64,000 bases of DNA from Podarcis melisellensis (Eukaryota): the NCBI GenBank assembly GCA_964234715.1, contig OZ174290.1, one strand, 5' to 3'. Shown piece after piece: positions 11,976 to 33,418 of the stretch. The position numbers and the translations under genes are program-made. Below the pieces are notes generated by a model. It made no database searches and was not told the origin of the DNA. It saw only the letters and a list, made by a program, of their open reading frames with translations. The stretch's first letter is position 1; the number at the start of each line of letters is the position of its first letter.

Positions 11976-14900
11976 CTCAATCACTCAATCAATCAATCAA
12001 TCATGTTTTTATCAGGCACCAGAAAGAGCACAGTGAAGGCGCCTGCCTGATGTCAATAGGCAGGGAGTTCCAAAGTGCAGGTGCTGACACATTAAGAGAT
12101 GGATTTCTTACAAATGCAGAACAGGTATTGTGTGGTACCCGAGGCGGGCTTCCCATCCCTGTAGTAAATACATTTTCTCAGCCTGGGGCCTTCCAGATGT
12201 TCTGGACCCCAACTTAGATCCACCTGAGCCAGCATGGTCAATGGTCAGGGATGATGTAGAGTTGGGATACAGGATGGCAGGCAGGCTGATGAAGAAAGCT
12301 GGTTTACTGTACTGTAGGGGTAGAGAAGCTTCTTCCAGAGTAAGGGCCACATTCCCTTCTGGGCAATCTTCTGAGGGCCACATGGCATGGTGGGCGGGGC
12401 CAGGAGCAAATGTGGGTGGAGCAACACATGTAAATATTAATTTTCTCAGATGCGTTAGTTTATAAACTCGCACACCACTTTCTATCCTCCCTCCAGACTA
12501 GCAAGAGGTGGGATCAGAGCTCAAGGAGCCAGTGTGGTGTACTGGTTAGCGTCTCAGACTAGAACCTGGGAGACCAGGGTTCAAATCCCCACTCAGCCAT
12601 GAAGCTCATTGGGTGACCTTGGGCCTGTGGCTCTCAGCCTAACCTCTCTCACAGGGTTGTTGTAAGGATTAAATGAGGAGGGGTAAACCATGTGCACCCC
12701 CTTGAGCTCCTTGCGAGAAAAAGATGGGATATAAATGCAATAAATAATAATATTCCAGCCAGGCATAAAACACCTGAGGGTGTTTTAGGCAGGGGCCAGG
12801 GAATAGCATGGCCTTGGGAATGGCCCCCAAGGGCCAGAAAAGGGGGGTCAAGGGCCACATGGCCCCACACTTTCATTTCGAAAACAACACCCACCTCGTC
12901 CTCAGGATAGTGGCAATCCAACACAAGCGTCTGCTTGGTGTCGTCTTTGGTGACTTCTACAACGAAGTTTGGGGTCGACGTGAGCTCAGGCTAGAGAAGA
13001 GAAACAAACACCTGTGTGGGCTTCGGAAATAACAGTGGCCGAAGGATGCTCTGCTAGCAAGAGCAAGAAGGGAGGTCATGGCTGCTGCTACTCTGGACAT
13101 GACCCACCCAATAGTGGGATAGGAGAGCTGGGGGGAAAATTCACACATGGCAACCAACACGTCCCTTTGGTTTCAGATAGTAAATGGGCAAACACCCGGG
13201 ACATGTATTTTCACAGCTCTCTAGCATCTATGGTGGCTCATTTACCAGAGACGATTTAGCGTTAACTCTGGTGCCTCCCTTAGAGAAGGATTCTTCCTCG
13301 TTTACCTCTTGCTCATCTGGCTTCTGCCCTTCCTGAGCCTCGTCGAAGCTCGGCGGGATGCTGTTGTTAATGTTGAACGAAACGGTGACCCTGCAAGAAA
13401 GCGGACCCGCAGTCAGCAAGCAGAGAACAAGACAGAGCAGCCTAGTGTTCTACTCCATATGCTGGGAAGCTTTAGGCCTCCAGTTGCCGCTGAACTACAA
13501 CTCCCATCAGCCCCAGCATGTGTGGCCAAGGATGATGGGAGTTGCAACTCAGCTTCTGGGCTCCAGAGGCATAACTACCCCACCCCCAGCTGTCACTTTT
13601 AAGCCCTCTGTGAAAATTCCTCGCACGCTTACGTTTCACCAGCTACCTTCCGCACTAGCTTGGCCTCTGTGCCGTGCACGTCCAGCTCCCACCCTCCGGA
13701 CATCTTGGGGAGGGACTTGTGCTTCTGGATTTTCTTCTCTTCTTTGATTTCATCCGTGAGGAACTCTGCAAAAGCTTTGTCACCTGCAGGTTGGGGGGTG
13801 GAAAATAACAGGTTTTCTTCCCTCTCTGACACCACAAACCAAAAACTCGTGATTGATACACAAAGCATCACTCTCAAGCCATTAAGAAAGGAATTTGCAG
13901 TGCTGTTTAATAATGTTGGCAGCGCCATCGGGTCTGCGCTCCAAGGAGCTTGGAGTACAGTCATACCTCGGGTTGAATATGCTTCATGTTGAGTGCATGC
14001 AAGTCGCGCTCTGCAGCAACCTGGAAGTAATGGAGCGTGTTACTTCCGGGTTTCACCGCTCGCGCATGCACTCAAAATGACGTTACGCGCATGTGCCGAA
14101 GCGGTGAAAAGCGACGCACGCGTATGCAGACGTGCCGTTGCTAGCTACGTTTGCTTCTGGATGCAAACGGGGCTTCGGAACGGATCCCGTTCGTATCCAG
14201 AGGTACCACTGTATAACATTTTGACAGCGGGCATGAATGCTGGCAAATGCTGGTCCTAAAACTGTTAAGGAGCGATTTGGAGGAAATGTTATTATCATTA
14301 TTAAATGCTGTCACCATCATCACCAACATCATCATTATTTTTGGCACATCCAATCAGTAGATACTATTAAGCTGACTGTATATGCACACACTATTTGAAT
14401 CTTTGAGTTTAAGTGATTTATTTTTTATTCCAAATAACTAGCAGCAGTTAATGCAAGTACCACACAGCACTTATTATGCAAACCAAAACTTCCGAGCTAA
14501 AAAACCAAAAACTTAATGTTTTTGTTCAACCCTACAAACCTGCTAAGCATTTACTCAAATCCCCATTTTTTAACTGGACTTATTTCCATGAATATTGGGT
14601 TGCATCCAACACAATCAGAGCAATCTCACTGAAATCAAAGGCCATGACTAATAGTGGGTCTACTCTGAGGAAGCCTGACATGGGATCCATCTAGGCCATG
14701 ACTGTAGGCGCTTTTAAGAACTATTACTAGAGATGCAGTGAAGCCCAAGTCCTCTGCATGTTTACCTGGGAGTAAGTCCCCCTGGACTAAATGAGGCTTA
14801 CCTTTTGAGTCAGCATTTATGGAATTGAACTGCCAGATTTTCTTTTGGAGCTAGGGAACACGTGCTCCATCCCATCCTGCCTGACCCTGGTCAGGCCTCT

Positions 14901-15786
14901 GCCCTCAAACATCTTCCCAGCTCCTGATCCTTTTATCAAATTAGGTAATTTAAAGGCTTGCAGAGAGCCAATGGTTAGTGTCGGGTTGGGAAGACCCCAG
15001 GGCTCCGCCATGCAACTCAAGGGTGTGACCTTGGGGCCAGTCACTGCCTCTCAGTCTAACCTATCTCCTTGGGGAGTTGTGGGGAATAAATGCGGAGGGA
15101 GAAAACCACAGACCTTGAGCTCCTGGAAGGAAAAATGTGGGATGGAAATTCAGTAACTGCTCAGTCCCGCATTGGAGAGGGGGGATTAGGATGAACCCAT
15201 ACCCGTTGTTATTACTATTTTTTTTCAAAGCCTGCCTCCCCCTGGGCGTAAGCTCCTCTTGGATGGCAGGCACACGTTTACTCGCGAGCAACCCGATGCC
15301 GAGGGGGATTCCTCGCGAGCAAGCGCGCCTTGGCTCGCAGCCCAGCCCCCAAGCACTTTTCCCAGGACAAAAGCTCGCTAGGAGGAGGATCGCGGTCGTC
15401 TTTTTCCTCGGACGCGATCCCCAGAGGCCTCAAGGGGGGCTTCCTCGCGAGTAAGCGCCGCCCGGAGCCCTGCGTTCCTTGCGAGCGACCTTCTTCCCCC
15501 TTCCCCTGCCCTCCGCGCGTAGCTCACCATCGGTGTGGAGGCCGCCGCAGGCGCAGGTGACGGAGGGCGAGCCCGGTCGGAGGAGGAGGCGGCTGGGGCC
15601 TTGGCCGGCGCCGCGCAGCACCCACAGCGAGCGGGTAAAGGGCCGGGAGACGGCGGAAGCGAAGGCGAAGGCCGGGCCGGGAGGCGCCGCCGAGCTGGGC
15701 TGCAAGGACAGTAGCGGCCGGGGCTGGATCGGGCGGCGCGCCACGGCGGAGAGGGCGGCGGAGCGCAGGGCGCGAGCGAGCAGCAT
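9726..15786 (-). CDS. C1QBP: Complement C1q-binding protein / mitochondrial p32 (MAM33 family), whole gene, 287 aa
   Basis: join(15528-15786,13633-13783,13306-13390,12895-12990,11106-11228,9726-9875) = 864 nt. All introns GT-AG with consistent phase. Arg-rich mitochondrial presequence followed by LHTDGDKAF...ALYDHLMDFLADRGVDNTFADEL. Confidence 0.97.
9997..10736. mobile_element. Tc1/mariner-superfamily (pogo/Tigger-like) MITE, type B, with GC-rich palindromic core
   Basis: TA|CAGTGGTGCCTCGCAAGACG...CGTCTTGCGGGGCACCACTG|TA; in C1QBP intron 5. Confidence 0.85.
11106..11228 (-). CDS. C1QBP: C1QBP exon 5
   Basis: VAPGEEEDSDIFSIREVSFQPTGDSEWRDNNYTLNTDSLDW; cag/gtagga. Confidence 0.95.
11947..12003. 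repeat. (AATC)n microsatellite
   Basis: About 14 units with two ACTC variants, at a retroelement-like tail. Confidence 0.9.
12525..12752 (+). mobile_element. tRNA-derived SINE (Squam3/MIR-like); relatives at about 14970-15150(+), 36240-36450(-), 41660-41845(-), 58375-58765(-), 61605-61805(-), 63678-63892(+)
   Basis: A/B box head (TGGTGTACTGG...GGTTCAAATCC), core GGGTGACCTTGGGCC...CTCAGCCTAACC...CACAGGGTTGTTG, (AAT)n tail. Confidence 0.75.
12895..12990 (-). CDS. C1QBP: C1QBP exon 4
   Basis: PELTSTPNFVVEVTKDDTKQTLVLDCHYPEDE; tag/gtgggt. Confidence 0.94.
13306..13390 (-). CDS. C1QBP: C1QBP exon 3
   Basis: VTVSFNINNSIPPSFDEAQEGQKPDEQE; cag/gtaaac. Confidence 0.93.
13633..13783 (-). CDS. C1QBP: C1QBP exon 2
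   Basis: DKAFAEFLTDEIKEEKKIQKHKSLPKMSGGWEL...; cag/gtaagc. Confidence 0.95.
13958..14211. mobile_element. pogo/Tigger-like MITE, CpG-rich core type
   Basis: TA|CAGTCATACCTCGG...CAGAGGTACCACTG|TA; C1QBP intron 1. Confidence 0.75.
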
Positions 15787-16000
15787 GGTGGCTGGGGATC
15801 GAGGGAGGCGGACACACGTGGGGAGAGACGGGCCGGAAGGGAAGGAAGGGCCAGGAGGGGGAAATCCTGACCCGCCTCTTTCCCTCCCGCCTGCTCTGCT
15901 TAAAGGCGCCGCGGCGCGCAAGGAGCGTCTCCAAGCGAGCTCTCCAAAGCGCGCGGGCTTCTCTGAGCGGTGAGCACTTTGCGCATTGAAAAATGAAAGA
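15250..16000 (-). promoter_or_regulatory. CpG-island promoter of C1QBP
   Basis: Very GC/CpG-rich segment spanning exon 1 and flanks; GCGCGC runs upstream of the ATG. Confidence 0.75.
15528..15786 (-). CDS. C1QBP: C1QBP exon 1 (mitochondrial targeting sequence)
   Basis: ATG in gccaccATG Kozak context; MLLARALRSAA...CACGGLHTDG; donor gtgagc. Confidence 0.93.
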
Positions 16001-16104
16001 GGAGAACCTTTTCGCCAGTGCCAGATACTCAGATAGGCAGGGAAGGCACCGTCCTAAGGGCCGTGCGACAACGACTCAAAATAATATAGATTTGATCTCG
16101 AAAT

Positions 16105-16422
16105 CAGGGCCGCATTTAGGGTTGATGAGGCCCTAAGCTACTGAAGGTAATGGGGCCCTTTATATGTTCAGCTGTCCTTTGTCAGCAACAAATTGTGGCT
16201 GGTTTTTTGTGTTGAATATATGCTATATGGTAATTTATGGACCTAAAAGGTATCTAAAGCCATTTGCACATAACAAAATGTGTATTTTATCAAAGTAATT
16301 GTTGAACTGAAGTACAATTAAGAAGAAGTATATTAATAGTGAAATACAATTAAGAAGTATATTTGGGGGGCCAAGAGAGTGGGGCCCTAAGCTTGTTTAG
16401 CTTATACGTAAATCAGGCGCTG
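16105..16422. mobile_element. hAT (Tip100-like) non-autonomous element upstream of C1QBP
   Basis: CAGGGCCGCATTTA...TAAATCAGGCGCTG; TSD CTCGAAAT/CTCAAAAT (one CpG-type change). Confidence 0.75.
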
Positions 16423-16509
16423 CTCAAAATATAATTACAATCGAGGATTAGGAAATGATTTGTGAGATTTCAATTGCCTAGGGGCCTCTATAGGGCACTG
16501 CCCCTAGCG

Positions 16510-17485
16510 CAGTATCCTGCTCTTGCAGTGGCCAGCCAGCTAGATAGATGCCTGTGGGAAACTGCGAGCAGAGCCTTCTCCCTTCCTGTGCTTTCCAGTA
16601 ACTGGCACTCAGAAACTGCCTCCGACTGCAGAGGTAGAGGATGGCCATCATAGCAGGCTAGTAGCCATTGACAGCCTTGTCCTCCATGAATTTGCCCGTC
16701 CTTATTTTACAGCAATCCAAGTTGGTGGCCATCACTGTGTGAAGACGTCCTTGCTGTTACCTGTCCTGAATCTTCCAGCGTGCAGCTTCTTTGAATGCCC
16801 ACAAATTCTAGTGACATGGGAAAGGGAGACAAACCTCTCTCTATCCACTTTCTCCATGCTATGCAGCTTTATAAACTTCCATCATGTCACCAGTCTTGCC
16901 TTTTCTCTACACTATAAAGTCCCAAGCATTGCTACCTTTCCTTGTGGGGAGTCACTCCATCCTTTCATAATTTTGGTTGCCCTTTTCTGAACCTTTTCCA
17001 ACTCTCCAATGGACTTTTAGAGTCGAGGTGACCAGAACTGTACCCAGTACAGTGGTACCTCAGGTTAAGAACCTAATTTGTTCTGGAGGTCCGTTCTTAA
17101 CCTGAAACTGTTCTTAACCTGGGGAACCAATTTAGCTAATGGGGCCTCCCGCTGCCCCCGCCATGTGATTTCTGTTCTCATCCTGAAACAAAGTTCTTAA
17201 TCCAAGGTACTATTTCTGGGTTAGTGGAGTCTGTAACCTGAAGTGTCTGTAACCTGAAGCATCTGTAACCCAAAGTCCCACTGTATTCCAAATCTGGTCC
17301 TCACACTATAGATTTGTGTAAAAACTGGTAGGTTTCATTTCCTTTCCTAACGGCGCTCAGCAGGAAATTTGTTTCACAGCTGCCACACACCTCCAAGGTC
17401 TTGTCTGGTCAGTCACCATCAATTCAGACCCTGTGAGCGTAAATGCAAAGCTAGGATTTTTTTGCCTTGACATGCATCACTTTAC
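16510..17485 (-). mobile_element. Old CR1 LINE fragment
   Basis: Antisense CR1 ORF2-end sequence (ggttgcccttttctgaaccttttcc..., ccagaactgtacccagta) and 3' UTR-like region. Confidence 0.65.
17050..17283. mobile_element. pogo/Tigger-like MITE type A nested in a CR1 fragment
   Basis: TA|CAGTGGTACCTCAGGTT...CCCACTG|TA; removing it restores CR1-like gaactgtacccagTAttccaaat. Confidence 0.85.
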
Positions 17486-20400
17486 ATTTGTTTGAAGTTT
17501 GCCCTGAACAGTAATTGTGGGTCTTTAAGGACAGTTATTTTATGCATTCGTTGATTTTGGGAATTGCTTTGAGTGATGATGTGGTTTTAGTTGCTTTTCT
17601 CTTCTTCACTCTGTTTGAGGCAGAGCGATTCATAAATGCGATCAACCTATCATATGATGCAAATACGAGTGACAAAAAAATCAATGCAAACAACCACACA
17701 CAAAAACAACTTCCAGTGCAAAAACCAGTATTTAAAACTACTAAACCCCAGGATTCATTGCATTGTGGGGGTTGTTAGCCCACATCAAACATACTCTCAC
17801 TTAAATAGAAAGGCTGACAACCACCACTTGGCTACTTCTTTAGAGGTCTTTTTAAACTTGTGGAGTTATAACTTGGGCCTCGCAAGTCCTCCTGCAAAAG
17901 GTGGCATCTATTCTGCCAACAGCTCTTATTATCCCCGGATACCTGGAAGTGTGTCCGCAGAGTTTGCTCCTGCACAGAATTGTACTGAAAATTGTGATCA
18001 CTGGAGTTTTCAAGGCAGATTCCCATGGAAGTGGAACTGCAAACAAAGTTGACAGTGCTCACTATCAATGGCATTCTCTCCCCTCTAGCCTCAGAGATGA
18101 TGAACTGATTACTTTGCTGGCGCATACCAACTTCTGAGGCTCCCCTCTATGGAGTCTAGTAGCTACTAGGTTGCTGGTAGAAGGTCTGCTACTAAGGATT
18201 GAATCCTAGACTTTCTACATGTCCCACTCTGGTCCAGCTAATCACTTCTACGGATGTAGCTCATAATCAAGGCATGAAGTCAACAGGCCTCCTGGTCTTT
18301 CTGCCTAGCTAGCATCTTGTCTTTAGAAGTGGATTTTCCATAAAGGGTAAGAGTTATTGATACACCCCACTTTGGGGGATTCGTCTAAGCCAGCTTTGTC
18401 AACAAGCTGGCAAACATTACTAGCCGATATATAATGAGCCTTCTAAATGGTTAGTGCCCTACATTTCCATGTTGACCAAAGAAGTGGTGGCAGAGCAAGT
18501 CCCCTTCTGCAACCAGCATGAATTCAGGTGATTTATTTTTTTTAAACTGCTTTTTTGCCAAGCAGGCTGGTGGAGAAGGAATGGAGGAATTGGCCTCTTT
18601 TCTACCAGATGCTCACTTGCCTTCATGGTATTTCTTGTCCCTGATGGTGACCCGGCTAGTCATTAACCGGATGACTGGTCTCACCTTTTGTACAGGGGAG
18701 CGCTGCTGAAATGAATTGGGAAAGAACAGTTTTCTCTCTCTGTCAGCTATCTAGTGGCTTTTTGGCAGGTCTCCAGCCTTCCCCCAGAGGGACATCTTCC
18801 TTCTCCATTACACAGTTCAGGTGTTTTCCCCCAGAGGAGTCAACCTACTGGCAAAACAGACTGTGTTGGTATCTCCCTTGTTCTCACAATAAGAGTGTGC
18901 CCTGTAACTCTTAACGTGTGTTGCGGCTGTCAACAACACAAGCAAGATGTGGAGTTTCAAGATGGTGCACTTCCTAGTCCTTATGACAACCACGGGATTA
19001 TCTCCTCTGATTGGCAGGTGGCTGGGGGCTGATGTGAGTTGTAGTCCAAAACAGCTGGCGGTTCACCAACATGGCAAAAATTGCTATCAATCTGTGTATC
19101 TGAAGAAGTGTGCATGCACACGAAAGCTCATACCAAGAACTAACTTAGTTGGGTCTTTAAGGTGCTACTGGAAGGATTTTTTTTTGTTTTATCAATCAAG
19201 GGTTAGAGGCTTTTAGTTCAGAGGGTGATGCTGCCAGTTTTGAGTAGCTGTTATCTTTCTCCTCCCTGAAATTAAGCACAGAACTAGTGCTACCTACCGT
19301 GGTGCAAAAGTGCGCAAAAGGAACTTCCAAGCTAAACCAGAAGTGGGGGACTTCAGGCCTGGAAGAGGGCAAATTAAGTCTTTCATATTTCTCTCTGGCT
19401 CTTGGGACTCTCACTAGGCCACGCCCCTCTTTGGCTTTGCACCGTCCCCTCTCAGTCCTTTTGCCTGGCTGGGATGTGTCCTTGTCATGATGGAGGGGTA
19501 CTTGTGTGCCTGGATTTTGCAAGGCTGGAACATGGCCTGCTGCACAAAGGAAGGAGTCCCAGCTGTTGTTTTGCCTCTGACCCTGCAGGTCTGCCCAGGG
19601 AGGGACGTGTCCCTCAGACTGGAAAAGATTCTCCACCCCTGAGATGAGCAATGGCGAATGAGGGAAAGAGTAAAATTAGCACCTCACCTTGCAAAACGAT
19701 TCATGTTACTGTGACACAAAAACGCAAAACCACAGGGTTGACAAAGTCTGTTTCAAGGCCATTTTCAAATAAATAGAACTGCTTTCTTTGGGTACACACC
19801 TCTTTTCCAATTTACTGAGCTCCAAGCTCTTCTGTCCTCCCTCAGATAAGAGGGCACAGATGCCCTAAGACGTACATTATGGCACAATAACAGAAGGATC
19901 GTTTGGAATGAAACTTCAGTCACTGCAGATGCGGTTGGCACAATGTACCTGCGCAAGGCTCCTTTTGAAAGAGACTTTACAGGAAGCACTTGTTCACAAG
20001 TGGATGCAGATGCGCGAGGTCCAGCCCCTTGGGAAGCCATTCTCTGATCAGTGGGGAAAGTCTCGAATCCCTGTGCATTCAGTCCCCCCCCCAATCCCAC
20101 TTCCCCACATTCTTTGGCCAGGGTGGCTAACCCACAGCTCTCAGTCCATTTTCTTCCCATCCCACTTAAGACCCCACTAGTTTTGGCAATACAGCAAGAA
20201 ATAAAAATAATGTAGACGCAATGCTGAGGGTGGGCAGAGAGGCTTATATCTCTCCACCCAATTGTCGGGTTGAGAAGTCTGATGAGCAGGGAGGAAACAG
20301 GAACCCCTCCTCCCAAAGTGATCTGCACTGTTCAGCCGAGGAGGGAGGGCTGCATGCCTGTGTGTGCATTCGTCCGATACAGGTGTGCATGCGAAAATGC

Positions 20401-20496
20401 GGCCTGGTGGCATGCAGCCCCAGAGTTGGCCGAGAGCGAATGCTGCTCAGGTCAATGAAGGTTCGGTGGGTAGGTTTTCCTTCCCTTGTCCCCGGG

Positions 20497-30410
<9,914 letters not shown>

Positions 30411-30864
30411 CCTCACCTCACGGCAAGAACAGGGCTGCTGCTGCCGCCGCCGCTGCCGCCCTCCTCGCCGGCGACAGGGAACATGCTTCGCCGGGCTCCG
30501 CCTCTCTGCTCGCGCCTCAGGGACGGAAGGACTACGCTTCCCAGCACGCCTCGCGCCGGATGACGTGCATCGCCGGGCCCCGCGTCCTGGCGCCAGCCTC
30601 AGCAGCAGCCCAGTGCCTGCCGGGAGTTGTAGTGTGGATGGACGGTTCGCTAAGGCGAGCATGCGTACTTGAGACCAGCGCCACCTACAGGCAGTTAAGA
30701 GCGCAAGTGATGGAAGCGGAAGGAAGTAGCCGCCGTTGCATAGCAACGGAAGAACCTTTAAAGCACATATCGCTCCCCTCCCCGAATCTAAGGATGCTGG
30801 GAATTGTATCTGCTAGTGGTAAACTAGAGCTCCCGGGATTCTTTGGGGGAACCCACGTGGTTTA

Positions 30865-31662
30865 AATCTTACTCATAGCCGAGTAAGATTATTTTCCATA
30901 AACACAGTCTTAACCGGGCATCCCCAACTTCGGCCATCCAGCTGTTTTGGGACGACAATTCCCATCATCCCTGACCACTGGTCCTGTTAGCTAGGGATGA
31001 TGGGAGTTGTAGTCTGAAAACAGCTGGAGCACCAAGTTTGGGGATGCCTAGTCTCAACATTCCGTAAGTGACTGTGGAGCCAATTCTGGAACCACACATC
31101 CTTCCACAGTGTGGACATAGGTTTCTGGGAATTAATGACGGTGAGGGTTTGCCAAGCGTGCCTTCCTCTTAGCACGTTTCTCCCTTTTGTCCTGATTTCG
31201 AGAGTTTTCGAAGTCCATGACACCTTTGGTAAAGGCTGTTCTCCACTTGGAGTGTTCGCAGGCCAGTGTTTCCCAGTTGTCGGTGTTTATACGACTTTCT
31301 TTAGATTTGCCTTGAGAAAGTCTTTGAACCTCTTTTGTTGACCACTGGCATTACACTTTCCATTTTTAAGTTCGGAATAGAGTAGTTGCTTTGGAAGACG
31401 ATAATCAGATATCCGCACAACATGACCAGGCCAACAAAGTTGGATGTTGAAGAATCATTGCTTCAACACTGGTGATCTTTGCTTCTTCCAGTACACTGGT
31501 GTTGTTCGCCTGTCATCCCAAGTGTTGTGTAAAAATTTTCACAGTTGATGGAATTTTTCAAGGAGTTGGAGATGGCTTTTATAAGTGGTCCATGTTTCAC
31601 AAGCATACAGTAAGGTTGGCAGTACACATAGCTTTGTAAACAAGCATTTTGGTTTAAATGCA
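30865..31662 (-). mobile_element. RTE-clade LINE 3' fragment, degenerate
   Basis: Frameshifted post-RT peptides (LPTLLYACETW, YRLPKQLLYSEL, LHSHLR); interrupted by a hAT MITE. Confidence 0.75.
30915..31050. mobile_element. Palindromic hAT MITE nested in an RTE 3' region
   Basis: Same internal palindrome; near-TSD GTCTTAAC/GTCTCAAC. Confidence 0.75.
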
Positions 31663-32174
31663 GCGTGGATAGGGCCAAAGTGATGGAAGCGTAAGGAAGG
31701 AGCTATATAAGAGTCTGCTGGATCATGCCAGTAACCTCACCACCACCCCTCCATGCTTTTGCTGCATGGCTGGGGACCCAATCCAGCTAGAGTGAGTCCG
31801 GCCAACATCTCATTGAAAGCAGCAGGTCTCAAGTTATGTATCATTTAATTTGTTCCATTGGTTTTAGGACTTAATAGTGGAATGGTATGCATTCATTGGG
31901 GTATAAGAATATAAGAACCCTGTTGGATCAGGCCCATGGCTCATCTAGTCTGCGAGAAAGTTGCAAGGAAGACCCAAGCACAAAAGCACCTCCTTCCTAT
32001 GGCTTCCACTGATACACAGAAGTACTACTGCCTCCAAGCAGAAGTCAGAGCATAGTCATCATAGCTAGTAACCATTGTAAGCCTCATCATCCATGAGGAT
32101 TTACTCTTAATTCTCTAGTAAGTGTGGTCATGATCATAGTCTCAGGCTGCAGTTCCAACGCCTTTTACCTGGAA

Positions 32175-32290
32175 CAGGCTTCCTCTTGGCCTACAACTCC
32201 CATGATCCCTAGCTAGCAGGACCATTGGTCAGGGATGATGGGAATTGTAGTCTCAAAAAATATCTGGAGGGCTGAGATTGAGGAAGCCTG
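32175..32290. mobile_element. Palindromic hAT MITE with internal deletion
   Basis: CAGGCTTCCTC...GAGGAAGCCTG; 8-bp TSD ACCTGGAA. Confidence 0.85.
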
Positions 32291-33312
32291 ACCTGGAACT
32301 AAGCCCCACTGGATTCAATAGGATTTTCTACTGTGCAGACATGGTTAGAATTGTGCTGTTAAGTCAAAGATAACTTCAGCATCTGCACTAGCCTGTGATC
32401 CTGATCCTGCTTAAATTTAGGTGTAAATAACTGTGTCCCTGAGGACAGCACTCACCTGCAGAAAAATATCTATTCCTTCAGAGCATCAGTGTATAACAAT
32501 AGTATACAAGTTTCCCTCCCGCTACCAGCACAACAAAGTAGAAATGTTCTCTTTTAAGATAAACTGAAGCCAAAATGTGTTCAACTGCTGGGTCCAAATT
32601 CCACACTTTACGCAATACGTACACACAATGTTAATTATTCAGATACGCCAATCCCTGCCCAGAATAAGCCTCACATCGCAGGCATGACAGCAGGCCAAGT
32701 TCCGTAAAGCACTAAAGCTTCTGAGTGTTACTTTACCTATAGGATCCGCCCAAGTCTTTGAAGACAGAAACCAACTCCTCTTTGCTGGTTTGTTTCAGGA
32801 GCATTTTTTGCCACAGCCAAAAATCAAAGTGACATCAGTTGTTTGAAATGTAATCAAGCACAAATGAAAAACTAAAGTCAAAAAGTTTTAATCATCTTTT
32901 GAAGTTCTCCAGTCTCTGTATCAAATAAATGGGGATGGAGAATTCCTTAGAAATATATTTTGTTTTTACACAATAACTGATGATCTCATTAAATGAGTTG
33001 CGAAAGTTCCACTTCCAGTTTGTCTTGGCTTGGAGTAGATTATCCACACCTGAACCCAGGAATGCAACTAAAGCCCCGGCGAGGGTTTGCAGTTACTGTC
33101 AATTTCCTGGAAAAGGTCTTTTGATTAGAGCACCTTCCCACCAACCCCTTCCTTAAAAAAAGAAAAAAAAGTGCATCATATTGTTCAGACTAGTAAAGCT
33201 ATTGAAACTTCCTTTATCCACAAGAGAGCAAATAAATCTCTGGGAAAGTTCTCCAGGCCAGTGTCTCTGGAAAGGTCCCTGTGTCTAGGACATCTGCCAG
33301 TCTGTCTTCTGT

Positions 33313-33418
33313 TCAGCCTCCCAAGCGCTGGCCTTCACCCCAGGCAAAGCCTCCAGGCCGTTCTTCAGGCAGAGGGTTGTAATTGGGATCCTCTTCAGGT
33401 GTATCAAATATGGCTTTC
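33313..33418 (-). CDS. DERL2: DERL2 exon 7 (last coding exon)
   Basis: [34 protein letters not shown]. Confidence 0.95.

Noticed and set aside
18088-18140. C/D-box snoRNA-like pattern (ATGATGA...CTGA with inverted ends)
   Set aside because: Only 53 nt, the stem overlaps the D box, and it is not in a sense-strand intron of any gene here
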